From contig NC_045696.1 in NCBI RefSeq assembly GCF_009834535.1, positions 51,958,001 to 52,022,000 on the forward strand: a stretch of 64,000 bases of DNA, given 5' to 3'. Below are positions 28,192-42,606 of this stretch, piece after piece. The translations under genes and the position numbers were made by a program. Position 1 is the stretch's first letter, and the number at the start of each line of letters is the position of its first letter. Under the pieces are notes generated by a model, which saw nothing but the letters and a program-made list of their open reading frames with translations, ran no database searches and was not told where the DNA came from. The stretch comes from Camelus ferus. Its lineage: Eukaryota.

Positions 28192-28650
28192 CAGGGGTCA
28201 GCAAACTTTTTTTTTATAAAGAGCCAGATCATAAAAATGTAAGGCTTCATGGGTCAAGAGGCAATATCAGGAATGCTACATTAGGTAGGTACTTACATAA
28301 CAAGAGAGAAAGTGAATCACATTATATATTTTAATAAAACAATTTAATTAAAAATATTTAATTTTAAATAAAATTATTTAAAATAAATCACATTATTATT
28401 TTATTAACAAAATTTAAAATATAATAATAATTAAGTCTATTTTTTTTTCCCAGTACAGGTCTCCCAATGACAGGAAGATAGTTCTTTTTTAGAGCATAAC
28501 ATTTTGCTTAGCTAGGGTTCAAAGCCAGTGTCCTTATCATGAAATCAATTACAAATGTTCATCTATAAAAACCATGCTTACCTCATAGGCCATACAAAAA
28601 CAAACAGCAAACTGGATTTGACTCATGGGGCCATGGTTTACCAGCCCCTT
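28192..28650. mobile_element. MER58-family hAT-Charlie non-autonomous transposon
   Basis: Imperfect TIRs caggggtcagcaaac.../...gtttaccagcccct; degenerate 8-bp TSD gtctagga/atctagaa, matching the Charlie-type NTCTAGAN target. Confidence 0.85.
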
Positions 28651-29829
28651 ATCTAGAAAACAGTCACCGTACTAGATGATTTCTGAGAACTCTTCCAACT
28701 TTAAGATTTTATGGCACTATCTTACTTTACAAACATAATAATTTTGATTTTTCAATGCCTTCAGTACAGTTAGATAAAAAGTATAATCTAAAAACCTTAT
28801 ACTCTCTATATATTCTAGTAATTAAATGAATAGACAAATGTAACTATAGCATCAAATATTTATATGTGCCTTGCAGATTACTGTTTTCTTAATTTTCTTA
28901 GGACAATTTAGATTTTATTGCATTTCCACAGGCCCCTTTGAGTGTCATCACAGAAGAACAAGCTTTCTGTTGAAAAAGCATCTGAGTGGTATGTTAGGGG
29001 CAGGGAGACATCGATGTAGCCTTACCTCATGCCTACTGAGGGGAAATCTCTATATGATTTAATTCTGTGTTTCTGTAATAATATTTGGTATCTTAAACTA
29101 ATAGTGTAAATTCATACTTCACATAAAGTGGCACTGGTTTGCAAACTGACTTTAATGTTGCTTTATTATTATTATATTTTTGTTGTTTTATTATTATTGA
29201 AACTCCTATGTTTAGTCATGGGAATTTCTCAGGAAACTTCTAGATTCTCTGACAGTTTTTATGGGAGGTTGTAAAAACATGGCTTCCAGCATACATAGAA
29301 TCTTTTCTACACGTGCAAAAGTAGAGTTTTCTTGCTCTTACTTAGAGCAAAAATATCAAGAACTTATAGTCACACATTTATTTAAATTCAAATGTCCATT
29401 TTCAAAAAAAGTTAAAAAGTTAATCTATGATATTTGAGATCAAGTATCCTATGATCCACCAATTAGTTAAGGTACAACCAGACACTACTGTAATAGCCAA
29501 AGTAATAGAAAATTAACAATGTTGGATGACCTTATAGAAACTTACAGAAGAAACTTATGGTATCTGGTCCCTGATGCAGTTAAAGATCTACAAAATAGTG
29601 TTATTATGCAAATTCTTTGATGGTCCTAAATAATGTTGGCCCTAGCAAAATTGTTAAGTCTTCAAAAAGCCTTACTTTCTATTTTATGTTTTCCCAAAAT
29701 ACTGTTTTGTTTTTCCAAAATACTATGTTTTGTTTTCCCAGGTAAGAGCAAATCAACAAATTAATTAATGTTATTTTATACATAGTTCCTAGTGGTTATT
29801 CCAAGGCAATATTTTAAATTTTGACAGGA

Positions 29830-30360
29830 TTTTTTCAACTTAATTTTTTTTTATTTGAAAACTGCCCAAAACTGCTACATCCCCTCAACAGACAAACACA
29901 AAATAAAGTTTAAAAATATTACAAACAATCCCATCACTTAAAAATAAATTTTAACAAGAAGTGAAAGAACCTCTCTCTGTCCTTGCAATCTTTCTCAGTC
30001 ACCTGCTAAGATAACCGGTTTGGAGACTATTCTTCCCATTCTTTGTAACAGTTATACTTCACTCTGTATCCATGTAAGGTAAGAGAATTACCTATATTGA
30101 CCTACAACTTTGTACTTTAAAGTTAACATATATTATGTAAATCTTTTCAGAGCTGTATTTGTGGATCTATTTTATGCTTTGTAAAAGCTAGATATAGTCT
30201 AATGTAATAACATATTAAACCATTTATCTTTTGATGGAAATCTAGTATGCTTTGAAATTTTTGCTACTTAGAATAAAGCTGCAGTGAAAATTGTTGTAAC
30301 ATATGTGTAAGTATTTCTATGTAAAGATTACTAGAAATAGATTGCTGAATTTTAAAAACT
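29830..30360 (-). mobile_element. Ancient L1M (L1ME-like) 3' fragment
   Basis: aaccatttatcttttgatggaaatctag...ttttgctacttagaataaagctgcagtgaa...ctagaaatagattgctg is a degenerate L1 ORF2-end/3' UTR. Confidence 0.6.
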
Positions 30361-31189
30361 TTTTTGAAGACAAATTGTGTAAACATTAAAAACACCAAGC
30401 AATTTTGTTAATAAAATAATTAACCTGACATTCTGGTTAGTGGTGCATGCCCTTTAAATGCATGAACACATTTTAATACATAAACTTTATTACATATAGA
30501 AATTCTGATGGTCCAATTCAGAAGGACCTTAGTTGTCACATTTTGGTTGGATTACACCCCTACGAGCCATGAGGAGTCATTGAAAGCTTCTGAGTCGGAG
30601 AATGGCCCATCACCCACATTCAGAATAAATCATTTCAAGGAAGAGAAGACAGGAAAAAGACCCATCCAGCTGTAGGGGATATACCAAATGGTTTCTAGAA
30701 GGCTTGGGACTAGGCAACGAAGAGCAATCCTTGCAAAAAGCTAACATTAGAAAGGCTTAACACGAAGCTAACTTCTTCTGTACCCAAAACTGAAGCAGAG
30801 TGGCAGACTTAACTGGAGATAAGCATCTCCTTTTAAGTACTATCTGTCAGACAGACAATGACAACCTGCTCAGAACAAGAGTACAAGGATGTGGTTTCCC
30901 ATCCTGTCTTTTCCAATGGCTCCATATAACCACTATTAAATTGGAAAAAATGGAGATGAGTATAGCGGGGCGGGGGGGCAGCTAAAAAATAAACACAGTT
31001 TTCATGTTTAAGAACTAGCTAGTTGAGAATGTTGCTGTGGTTACTCACATATGGAAATGACTGGAAACAAATGGACCAGAAGCCAACTAAGTTTCTGAGG
31101 AAACCGTATTGCCAAAGACAAAAGAACAAGTAAACAAAGATGAGATACAGCATAACTGGAGCAGGCCTCTTCCAGCAGGATGATGCTGT

Positions 31190-31610
31190 TCACAGAGATG
31201 GGGTGGGGAATCAAGATGTCTTACTAAATTTAAGATGCCTACTGGGCAGCCAATGGAGATAGCAAGTAAATGGTTGCATTTATAAGTGTAGAGATCAGGT
31301 GATAGATTAAGGTCAGACTTGAGATTAAAATCTGGGCATATAACTAGTATTTAAAGTTACTGGGCATATGTCATAGGCATATAATTAGTATTTAAAGTTA
31401 CTGGATTGGATGAGCTCTTCTAGGGTGTATAAGGGAGCAGAGAAGGAGGATCTAACAAAGGAGAATGACAAGTCAATAAGGCAGAAGGACAATCAACAGT
31501 GTGAGGAGTGTGAAGTCATAATGGTCAAGGGGTGACATTATTACCAAAAAAAGGGATTAGATCACATGTTGAAATACTTCAGAAAGGTTGAGTAAAATGA
31601 GAGTAGGCCT
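31190..31610 (-). mobile_element. L2 fragment
   Basis: aaatttaagatgcctact...ggagatagcaagtaaatggttg...gattggatgag...gaaaggttgagtaaaatgag is L2-like. Confidence 0.65.
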
Positions 31611-32571
31611 CTATATCAGGGTACAGACAAAGTCCTGCAGCAATGGGGGACAGTAAACAAGTTAGTTAATTATGTTATAATGTCATGTAAAGTCCTTCTT
31701 TGTTAAGGATAATAAAAGTGTTGTCTTTCCTGCCATCATCGGTGCTAGATGTAAATCCTGGAAAGACACAGTGTCAATTTTTATTTTTTAAACTGGAAGG
31801 AATTTTAGAGATCTTCTAGACCAACTTTCTAATTTTATGGACAATGAAATGAATTTGGAGAGGTGACGTGACTTGCTGGAAACTGCAAAATGGCAGAAGT
31901 GGGGCCATGATGCAGGTCCCTTAACTTCAAGACAGGGCTCTTTTCTCTTAAAAAAAAGTGTGTTCATTGACATAAATTTGTTTTTATTTTTCCAAAATGT
32001 TATTTTAAAGTAGGGACCAAGACCCATGCAAACCTGATGTGCTGACCTTAAAGAACTTTTTTTCAGCAACCACATTCTCAATATAATCTGCCTTAACATT
32101 AGTAATACAAACAGAAGAATAATTTGCTATTTTTCAGATTGCCCTTTTCTATTGTATCATGTATCCTTTACCTAACTGGTTGAGATACAGCAAATGTTCA
32201 ACAAACATGTATTGAATTAGTACATTAATTTTCTTATACCTGATATTTAGTATTAATATAGGTACATGCACTATTTTAATCTACATTAGAATTAAGATAT
32301 AGACAGGTGATTTTTTTAGACCTTCAAAAATAATTTCTGAAAAATTAAATTAATGCACTATCATAGGGAAAAACAGCCATTCTGGAAAAAGCAGGGTAAA
32401 AGTAACAGTATCAGAAAGATAAAAATAAGAGACCATATTTCTTTTTCCTGTGGAAAAATGTACATAGCAATAGAATATCTCTAAAAATAGGAGTCAGGAA
32501 AGACTATGAACCCAGAATCACATTATCATCTATAGCTTTAAAAAACTGTAGTTAAAATAAAAAACAACGTT

Positions 32572-33250
32572 TCTACTACACATCTATTACAATGACAAAA
32601 ATAAAAAATAATGATAATACCAAGAGTTGCCAAGGATGTGGAGCAATGGGAACTCATACATTTCTAGTGGGAATACAAAATGACACAGCTATTTAGCAAA
32701 ACTGTTTGGCAGTTTCTTACAAAATTAAACATCCATATTACATCTGATCTAGCAATACAACTCCTGGATAGTTACCCTAGAGAGTGAAAACCTGTATTCA
32801 CACAAAATCCTGTACACAAACGTTTATGACAGTTTTATTCATAATTGCCCCAAACTGGAAAAAAGTGAAATGTATTTTAACGAGTGAATGGATAAATGGT
32901 CTGTGGTACATCCATACAAAGGAATACTACCCAGCAATAAAAAGAAACAAACCATTGACACCTGCAACAACATGGTTGAGTTGTAAATACATTATGCTGA
33001 GTGAAAGAATCCAGCCTCAAAAGGTTACATACCATATGGTTCCATTTACATGACAGTTCTCAGAAAGACATAGTGATAAAGAAGAGATCATGGTTGCCAG
33101 GGGTGGGTGGTTGGGGGAAGCATAAAGGAGTTCTTTGGGGTGATGGAATGGCTCTGTATCTTGATAGTGATGGTGGCCGCTATAAAAATCTATACATGTG
33201 TTAAAAATCATAGAACTATAAGCCAAGAAATTTGTAAGTCAATAAAAATG
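32572..33250 (+). mobile_element. Old L1 (L1MC-like) ORF2 C-terminus plus 3' UTR
   Basis: ORF 32784..33053 (LFIIAPNWK...EWINGLWYIHTKEYYPAIKRN...IMLSE) is a degenerate L1 ORF2 C-terminus, parallel to the tail of ORF 54410..54973. Confidence 0.9.
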
Positions 33251-33711
33251 TTCAACATTTTCAGGAAAATAAAAAAAAACTGGCTCACATATTGAATTAT
33301 TAAAAAATATGGACTCATACAAAGCCATGGCTTCTCCTACCAAGATGATAATTTGGTAGAAGAAAGCACTGTTGGTGAAAAAGAAATCTTCAGTTCTGCC
33401 TCTGCTATCAGTTGACGGAAATGAGAATTCTAATATAGCTATAAGCACTTAATAATAATCCTGTTTATTTAAAACTTGGTCTCTATGTTTTATTACAGAC
33501 ATTACTGCTAATGAATCGAGACTAATATCTTGAATTTTGTAAGTATGACAGGCCTCAAAAGCAAAGACTATTACTTAAACTAATAAATGATTATATTTCA
33601 TAAAGCCCTAATGATTCTCTGCATAGACTACTCAATTCAGTTGTGCCTTCTAACCCTGTAGCTGCAATCCATTTTCACTGATATTTCTTAAAAGTTTTCA
33701 AATGTACATTT

Positions 33712-34180
33712 CTTTTTCAACTGTGGTAAAATATTCATAACATAAAATTTACCATTTTACCCATTCTTAGGTGTATAGTTCAGTAGCATTAAGTACATTA
33801 ATATCATTGTACAACTATCACCACCATCCATCTCTAGAACTTCTTAATCTTACCAAAACAAAATTCTGAACCCATTAAACAATAGCTCCCCAGTCTTCCC
33901 TTCTCCCAGCCCCTGGTAACCTCTATTCTACTTTCTGTCTCTGTGAGTTTGACTATTCGAGGTACCTCATACAAATGGAATCTGACAATGTTTGTTTTTT
34001 TTTGTGTTTGGCTTATTTTAGTTATCATACTGTCTTAAAGGCTCATCCATATTGTAGCATGTGTCAGAATTTCACTCCTTTTTAAGGTTGACTAGTATTC
34101 CATTGTACATATACACTGCATTTTTATTTATCCATTCATTTGGCGATGGTCATTTGGGATGATTCTGCCATCTGACCATT
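33712..34180 (-). mobile_element. Old L1 (L1MB-like) 3' end
   Basis: gtggtaaaatattcataacataaaatttaccatttt...cccagcccctggtaacctctattctactttctgtctctgtgagtttgactatt...ggtacctcata. Confidence 0.9.
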
Positions 34181-37100
34181 TATTTCACACCCCTTTGATA
34201 TTGCTGTCAGCCACCACTTTTTTCCCCACAAATCAGACTCAAGGCATATTCTGATACCTTTGAGCAATGTAGGACAATTTATCCTCAATACTCAGGTTTG
34301 AAAAAGACTTTTTAAATTTGGTTAGCTATGCTTAGGTTCTAATTTATTATTAAAGTAAACCCAATTCTATGTTTATCAAATACTTGTTTAAGTTTGGTCA
34401 TTAGCTTAATGCGTGTGTTTGTGTGTGTCACATGCATGTCTGTGTGATGATACACAGCTACTGTTGTATTATGCATAATGTTACAACTTTATTATTGCAT
34501 GGTTAGGAAAGTAGTCATTATCCAGAAAAAATGGTTTTCCAGTGCGAAGAAGCACATTAAACTTAACTGAATTGAACATTTTGAGATGAAATTAGAGTTT
34601 GGTTCCTGTAAGGGCCTAGCATTGTAGCTAAAAGCCCCTGACCAAGTAAAACAGAGTATCTGGATGGAGTCAATGCATTGTTGTTTTTGATTTTGTTTTT
34701 GTTTTTTAACTTGACAGGTGATTTTGACGTGCAGGCAGGATCAGGAATCTCTGAGCCAGAGGAAGAGATCCTGGGTCAGGGGGAGCTGAGAGTAAACACA
34801 TGAAAGTAAATGTAAAAGGCTGTTTGGGTCTAAAACACAGAGATGAGAGAAGAGAAATTTAGAATTGTAAATGGCAGAAGAATCATTCAAACTGGGAGAA
34901 ATTAAACAGCCTTTTAGTTGAAAGCAGAAGAGCAAAAGAGGTATCAATTATAAGGATAATTAACATCTAGATTTTAAAGAGCTGCAGAACCTAAACTAGA
35001 ACATAAGCCATGAAAATGATCTGGGGAAGTCGTAAGGTGAGAATAAGATAAAAGGGTAAATATTTAGAGGAACAGGAGTTATAGAAATTTGGAAACAGCA
35101 AGTTTCTTGATTGCATACAGTTTTTGTTCCATTTAGATGTTTGTAACAACTGAGTTTTATAAGTGGAATATGAAGTAATTTGTCATTTAAGTAAATATTT
35201 ATTTTATATATAAAAGCGTGATTTGAGTTTATTCATTGACCTGCCTGCTTCTCTTGACTACTCATATCTGAAGTCACAAGTGTTCTTTGAGTCATATTAA
35301 TCCATCACCAGTAATTAGATAACCCCCTTCTCCCAATCACCCCACCAAAGCTGAAGGGCTGCTTGAGCATTAAAAATGACCAGCACATTATACCATAGTA
35401 GTAGTCTATAAAGAAAAAAAAACTCAGCATGAATATCATGTCACTTAAATTTTAGGTAAAATCACTTCAGTATAAGAGATTCCACCATTAAAATTAATTC
35501 ATTAATCAAAATAAACCAAACAAACAAAAAAACTAAAAATGAAGGATATCCTAAGAGTATTTTTCAGGTTTTTTTTTCCTTCTTCACATTTTGGAAAATG
35601 AAAAGATGGAAGAGAAATGAACAATAATCACCTGAAATATACACTTAATATTTTATACAAGTGCCACATTCTTGCTTTTTCCCTTGACATTTTATAAGCA
35701 CTGTCTTATCTCATTAAAATTTCTTCATAAATGTAATTTGTTTTTCTAACCATACCTCCATTATTTGTCACCTTTCTAGCTACAGTGACTGTTCTCACCA
35801 AACTATTCATGGCACATGTAGAAACCACGTCACATAAACAAGAATTCCCATTTTTTTCTGCATAAATTCCTCAAACTGAAGGGAACCTACAACTTTGGGT
35901 AAGGTTGCCACTGTCAGCTGCCTATTGACTTCTTCAGCCCCCTGGAGTTAAGAGCCACAAAAGTTAATTGTAAGCACATTCTAAAGGGAGTTTTCCTCAA
36001 TCTACATGGTTCACCCTGAGTCAGCACTCTCTAAATGGAAGGAGAGGACAGCTGACTGGCTGGAAGTGCCAAGATTCAGCTTTCCCAGGGTGGGACTCAT
36101 AAAGGACCAGGGAAGATTTGTGCGGATGTAAAGAAAAGGCTGGGTGTCAAAGCATATTTTATTTTTTCTTTTGTGCTTCCTACTCCCCTAACCAATCACA
36201 TCTTCCACTCTTGCTCACTCTCTCTGTTTTTATTTGGGAGAAGGGATGCGCCCGCTCTCTTTCTATCCCTTCCCTCTCTGTCTCCCTTCACTCCTCCTTT
36301 TCCCTCCCATCTTTTTAAAGCCATTATCATAACCGGCTCTGACTTGAAGTATAGTATATCTGTTTATCATTAGTAGTGGTTATCATACGGCAACTTGTCT
36401 GTGTTTTTAATTCAGTTTATGGTGCCTCTGTCCTCTGCCAATAAAGGTTGAGTTGTTGTCAGGACTACTGTGATGGGATCTAGAATGTACTGATTCTAGA
36501 AAATACAGTACCTCAGACTGTGCAGTTCTTTCTTGCCTGATTCCAATTCAGATGTTCTGTCCATCTCATTGGCTAAAGTCTATTCAAGTACATTCTAAAG
36601 GGAACCTCTGACATTTATTTTTAACCTAAGGCTTCTGGGTCTGCTCCTTCAATTGTATAAACTTCTGAGAATTTTCTGTCAGGAATATAATCCTGAAAAC
36701 TTATCTTGCAGAAGTTTTATTTATTTATTTTTCCCTCAGTGAGTGAGAGAAATAGAAACAAGAAAGTCTAGCGAGAGTTACAAAAGGAAAAGAGGAATAA
36801 GACAGATTCAGAAAGGAATTTGGAAGTGAACAGAAACATTAGTTGACCTGGGCCAAGGAGGGTCAGTGAGAACTCTTGAAGAGGAGAGTGAAGAAGGTAA
36901 GAAAAGTAGTGGGGGTATCTATAATGAGGATGAATGAGATGACAAAACAAGAGAGAATTCTTAAGAAGTTCTTATTTTATTTTTTTGCATTGCAGGTTAC
37001 ACATTCAGAGAAAATATAGTAAAGAATCGAATTACTTTTAATAATTTTTGCTTGCAAAACTATTATTTCTTTGTATGTGGTTTCATATATGAACCTGCAT

Positions 37101-40100
37101 CATGAAAGGGCTCAGCTTTACACACACACACACACATCATGTTTGTCAACAAGAACTAGTACCGTAATTTTTTTTCATGTTTATGATCATGCAAACACAT
37201 ACAAATACACGTAACCCATAAATATTCATTGTCCTGAAAATTTGCTCTTTCAGTTAATAAACTACAGTCATCCTACCAGGTCAATAGCATTAAATGTAAT
37301 TCATTCTTTTTCTAACGGCCATATAATCTTCAGTAACATCTGTACATATCACAGGGTATACTTGCTGTCAGATTGATGAATTCAGTACCCTTTTTTAAAG
37401 CAAATTTTACAAAATTTTACTAGATTTTTACACAGGACAGTCAACAAACACTTAGTAAACAACTATTTGACACCAGTTTCAGTGACTGAGAAAATTAGTA
37501 AATTACTCATGTTTTTTTTTCCAAAAAAATCAGTTTAATATGGGAAATAAAACAGTTAAAATATACATTTTTTTAATTTGAGAGAATCTGCTCAGAGAAT
37601 TTGTAGTAAAGAATGTTTTTATTATAAATCTTTAAAAGAAGTAATTTATCACTGGAAAATTAATTCTTAATCATTATTTCCAATGTGTGAACAGGACTTA
37701 GCAGCAACAGAGTACTTCCCTATATGGGAACTCAAGAAATAAACTAATTTCTAAACACTAAGAGCTCAGATAAAGCACCTTACTCCTGAGGCCTCAATTT
37801 GATTTATAATTCTCAATCCTGATTTATAATTCTACTAATACTTTTACTGTGATAGTAATACATGATATTTATGCATTATCTTTATTCCATGGAACTCTAA
37901 ATCCTTCATATAGATCATCTGACTTCTCTGTAAGAGAGAGAAAAGTGTCCCCTGCAGATAAGGAAAATGATCTTAAGACAAAACTGACAATGCCTGAATT
38001 GAGTCTCCAGACAGTCAGCCCCATGCTCCTTCCTCTCAATTACACTTGCTGCCTCCCTAGTGGTAACAGCAATGATTATGTGGATAGTATTATGCCATCA
38101 GAGTCTTGTATAGCATGATAGAGTCAGTTCTTATTAAAAAACAAGAGCTTTTCATGCAAACTATTTCTGACTGCTAAAAGGATTTATAAATGAAACTCCG
38201 CTGACAAGTTTTCTAGGTGACATGAGTCTAAGTGACCTTACTGAGCAACCAGTCTGTTTGGTCCCTCCCACTTTCCCATCCTACAAGAGGATAAGACAGC
38301 ATTAAATGTGTAACCTAGGTTCACAGCTATTCCTACCAGGCCTGATCCAGAGAAGAAAACAGAACTCAGTAACAGTGGCAATGATAACAATGTTAGACAT
38401 ATACTGATTACTGTTATTGAATAAAATTCTACACTACTCAAATAAAGGAAATAAAGATCAGTTCAGTAAAATTGTAGCAAAGGTTGAGCAAATTTCATAT
38501 GGCCAAATTAGTGCAATTGCAAACAAGTCAACAACTTCGTCAAAAATCTAAATCTTCTAACTCAGTAACTATTGCATGAGTGAACTTATTTTTCCTACAT
38601 CTTTGAAGACATTTTATCGTACATTTGTAACTCTGAGAATCTGATCCTAACCAGAAGACTGACTTAATTCTCTATTCCATTTCTCATGACCTCGTGAAAG
38701 AATGTCAGTTCAGCATGGCCTCCTCCCTTTTCCAGTTGATTCAAAGAACGGTGCTTTCAAATTGCCATTTGAGATACATGAAGCAGTACTTTTGGGACCA
38801 ATGTGCTGCAACCTGAAGTGTAACACTCTTTATTGTTCTTGAGAAACGTGTGCCTAATTCCCTGGAAATTTACTGTTTCAGAGTCATAAGTCTCCTGATT
38901 GCTTCTCATCAGTCTTGAAGAGATTAGATAAGCTTCCTCCCTCTTACAAAAGCTTTTTCTTCATTCAAAATTCCTTTGAGAAGAAAACACTGAGCCAGAA
39001 TTGGATTTTTAACAAAATATTTCAATATTATAGACAACACTTTTTTTTTTCTTGAGGAGACCCAGCAATTCAAAAGATATATTAATGAATTTTCTGATTT
39101 AGGTCTACTAGCCCCATATTGGAAAGAGTAAGGCTGAACTAAAAAATAAAGTCCCTGCTGTGTTATTTTAGAAGACTTGAATGGACTGCTAAGGGCTTTC
39201 ACACAGAAAGACCTGGAAGTCAAACTTAAGAAATAGAGAGGAAAAAACAACTACAGAACTATAGCAGGTAGGCATTGCTTCTAATTACCATAAACTTGTT
39301 ATGCATACTGGTGATATTCTACAGTGACAGTTGATTTTAGAATAATTGTTCAAATGTATCAACAAGAGAAATAATCTCCTCAGAAATGGAGGTGTATACA
39401 CGTGGTGTTGCAAAAGTTGACACCAGGAAGGAAATTCAGAATCATGTTTGAAGTGGGACCTACCATCAACAAGAATTTCAAACCTCTCCCTCTTCCTCTT
39501 CTTCCATATTCTCTCTCTCGTTCTTTCTCCTTCTCTCTCTTCTTCCCTCCTTCTCCTTCCCTTTCTCTCTCCTGCTTTCACCAAGAAGTTCACTTCTAAT
39601 GTAGTCCTCAGTAGTCATTAGGAAACAATATTAACAATGAATAAATATGTTTGGATTTTCAGTTTTGCATTTTTTAGTAGCAGTAATGAAGAGCACTTTT
39701 ATGGATCTACACCTCTGATCAGGCTTATAAGGCTTCAAACAAGTTAGACTTGAGAAGGAAAATGTAAACCTCATTCTTTCTTGTTATTCTAATAAATACA
39801 ATATTTTACTTCATTCACTTTTCAAAGGTGTTTTCAAGAATGATCAAGATTAGTAGGACCATAGTCTGTGATATGATTGGGATCCTAGGCATAGATGCAC
39901 AGTTAAGATGATGCAGTGATGAATCACTAATGTCATGGATTTGACCAATCTTCCCAGCTCATCATTTCCCAAAGAAGGAAACATATGGGGAGCATTGTAT
40001 TTATTTCCAGACAAGGTGATGTAACTTAATTATAAAAGCATCCTCTCAGCATACTTTCTTTCTTCTTGGGAAATCTACAACAGCATGTATTAAATTCTAC

Positions 40101-40179
40101 TTTGGCAGATAAGGAATTGAGGTATGTAGACCATGGAAGACTAACCAGTATCCAGGAGAAGAGCAGACTTGGAAGTGAG

Positions 40180-40350
40180 TGGAATGATGGGAAGAGTACT
40201 TGGGGTCAGACAGATCGTGTTTGAACCCTGGCTCAGGCTTTTACTAAGATGGGTAGGGGCTATTTAATCTCACTGCTCCGCAGTTTCCTAAAATGTAAAT
40301 GAGGGGTTATAACATCTATTTTGAGACAGTGTGAGAATTAAATGTAAAGA
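40180..40350 (+). mobile_element. MIR SINE
   Basis: ttggggtcagacagatcgtgtttgaaccctggctc...cagtttcctaaaatgtaaat...gtgagaattaaatg. Confidence 0.75.
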
Positions 40351-41819
40351 GCTTTATGTCGAAAGGCACCTGCCACATGTAACTTTTTTTTTTTTCTTTA
40401 CCTTCTTAACTTTTTTCAAAGTTTTTCAGACATTTGGGCTATTAGAAAACTAATGACCTCTGTGACCATATAAGCTAAAGTGATAACAAAATGCAACAGA
40501 TAAAAACATCAACCAGGAGATAGTACAGAGTTTGAATCAGTTAGGTCTGGCATCAGTACAAACTCACTTACTGGCTTTGTGATCTTGGATATCACTTAAT
40601 CTTTCTGGAACTCAGCATTCTCATTATAAAATGGAAATTATTCCTACTTTACTGAGTGGTTGCTGAATGTGGTAGCAAGGATTAGAGACAACTTTTATAA
40701 AGCATCTGGTACATTAAGTAAACAGATTGTGAGTAATATTTATTGTTCAGATTTTTATTAATTAAAACTTGTCGGCAGACTCATCTCCTATACTTAATAT
40801 TCCATTTTCTACCCAAGACTTTGAAAGGGTTACAACAGAGGCTTTGATCACAGATTAGCTGGTTTGGCTGTAGTAATCTAGCTCTGAAGAATCAGAGTTA
40901 TAGTTCCAGCCCTGCCTGCCATTAACTATTTAACTATTATGACTTGAACAGGAATTCTAGGCCAGAATTTTGTTCATCTCCAAAACAAGGAGACTAGAAT
41001 AAATAATTCCTAAGGTTCTTTGTAGCTAAAATATTTTATGATTCTAGTGTCTGTTTACTGAGTTATAGCAGATAAATCCTCATGTCTTTAGAGCTTAACC
41101 TACTTCTCTATGGTTTATTTTTCACATTCTCTCTAGCCTATTTCTTCTTTAATTGCAAAAGGGGATAATTTCCAGCACTTTGCAAACAAACCACTATCTC
41201 TATTCTGACTTGGTGGCATTCCAGGATATTAATGCATCATACTTTAAAACAGTCTGGATCCAAAAATTCAGTTATATTATAGGTAGTAATAATGAGGATA
41301 ACAATGATTCATTCCATGGCTTTTTATGCCTCCAGGCCCCTGGCCATTGCACATGATAAAATACACCAAAACTAAAAATAAGATTAAGGTTTAACATTTA
41401 AAAATACATTCTAAGAGTGAAACACATTTTTGGTACTCATTTCTGCATTACACAACAAGCACTTAAAAATAAACAAAAATAAGAGATTCATTAACCAACA
41501 ACAGAATTTTGATAATTATTAACTAGAAAAGAAATAAAATTAACTTGACCTTATCTTAGAAGGTTGTCAGAGATCTACTTTGGTTATGCAGATGGGAAAC
41601 ATGATGTAAACTATTAGACTTCTGTTTCAAAAGTCCAAGTGCTCCTCAAACTCAGAAGTAAACTTTGGTGAGGATTCAAAATAAATAAATAGATGCTGTG
41701 AGCTTATGCATACTATTTACCTTTGAATTATTTCCATCTTGTTCTATTCTTAAGCTATCCTTCAATTAATGTTTATTATTTACTTAGGTTTTCTTTTTTT
41801 GCACATCTACTATGTGCTT

Positions 41820-42310
41820 TTCCAGTATATTCGGAATCAAATCCAAATTCCCAACCCTTGCTACTTCTCTGATCTCAACTCCAGTCACTGTCCTCCTTTG
41901 CTTCCTTTGCTTTAGCCACTCTGGAATCCTTTTATTCCCTTGAATACACATAGTTTGTCCTTTCCTCAGGGCTTTGTCCAAGCTGTTTCTGTCTGGAGCT
42001 TTCTCTCCCTCTCATGCTTCCATCACACCCTAAATTCTTCACCTGACTAATTCTTTCTATCTTTCAACTCTCACCTTAAATGACATTTTCTCTGAACTCT
42101 TTACTGACAGTATAATAGATTTTCCCCATCCATTGTCATCTTGTGTATTAATTGTTGTATTAGGGCTTTTCATGTACTACAATTTATAATTTTATAATTA
42201 TTTGTTTACTTACTTAATGTCTGATACCCTTAGGAGACTATAAATTTCATCAGACCCAAAGGGATCATTTCTATACTCCCAATATTAAACATGGTTGAAT
42301 AATGAATTAA
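41820..42310 (+). mobile_element. L2 3' fragment
   Basis: aatcaaatccaaattccc...ctttagccactctgg...cctcagggctttg...ttgaataatgaat. Confidence 0.7.
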
Positions 42311-42474
42311 TGATTCTCTTGTGGTAGATTCTATAGGGTTTAAGAATGTTAATTACGTATGGACTTTAGCCCTAAAGAATTTGCTTTCTAGTAAAAAAAA
42401 AAAAATAAGACGAATAAATACTGCTTAAAAATATAGCAAGTAACTCATGTCTCAAAAAAAGTGTAGATGGGTGC

Positions 42475-42601
42475 TGTATTAGCTTTTTAGGCTGCTGTAA
42501 CAAATTACCACAAACTTGTTAACTTAAAATAATGGAAATCTAATCTCTCACAGTTTCGAAGGCTAAAAGTCCAAAATGAAATTGTTGGCAGGGCCATTAC
42601 A
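42475..42601 (-). mobile_element. Internally deleted MLT1 solo LTR inserted in L2
   Basis: tgtattagctttttaggctgctgtaacaaattaccacaaact is an MLT1 3' end (reverse complement); ends in CA; exact 5-bp direct repeat GGTGC at 42470-42474 and 42602-42606. Confidence 0.8.
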
Positions 42602-42606
42602 GGTGC

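Noticed and set aside
28320..28435. Extremely AT-rich quasi-palindromic stretch
   Set aside because: Lies inside the MER58 element and is low complexity.
38047..38066. CTCF-like CCACTAGGGAGGCAGCA on the minus strand
   Set aside because: An extra base breaks the core spacing, and it coincides with a MIR-like terminus.
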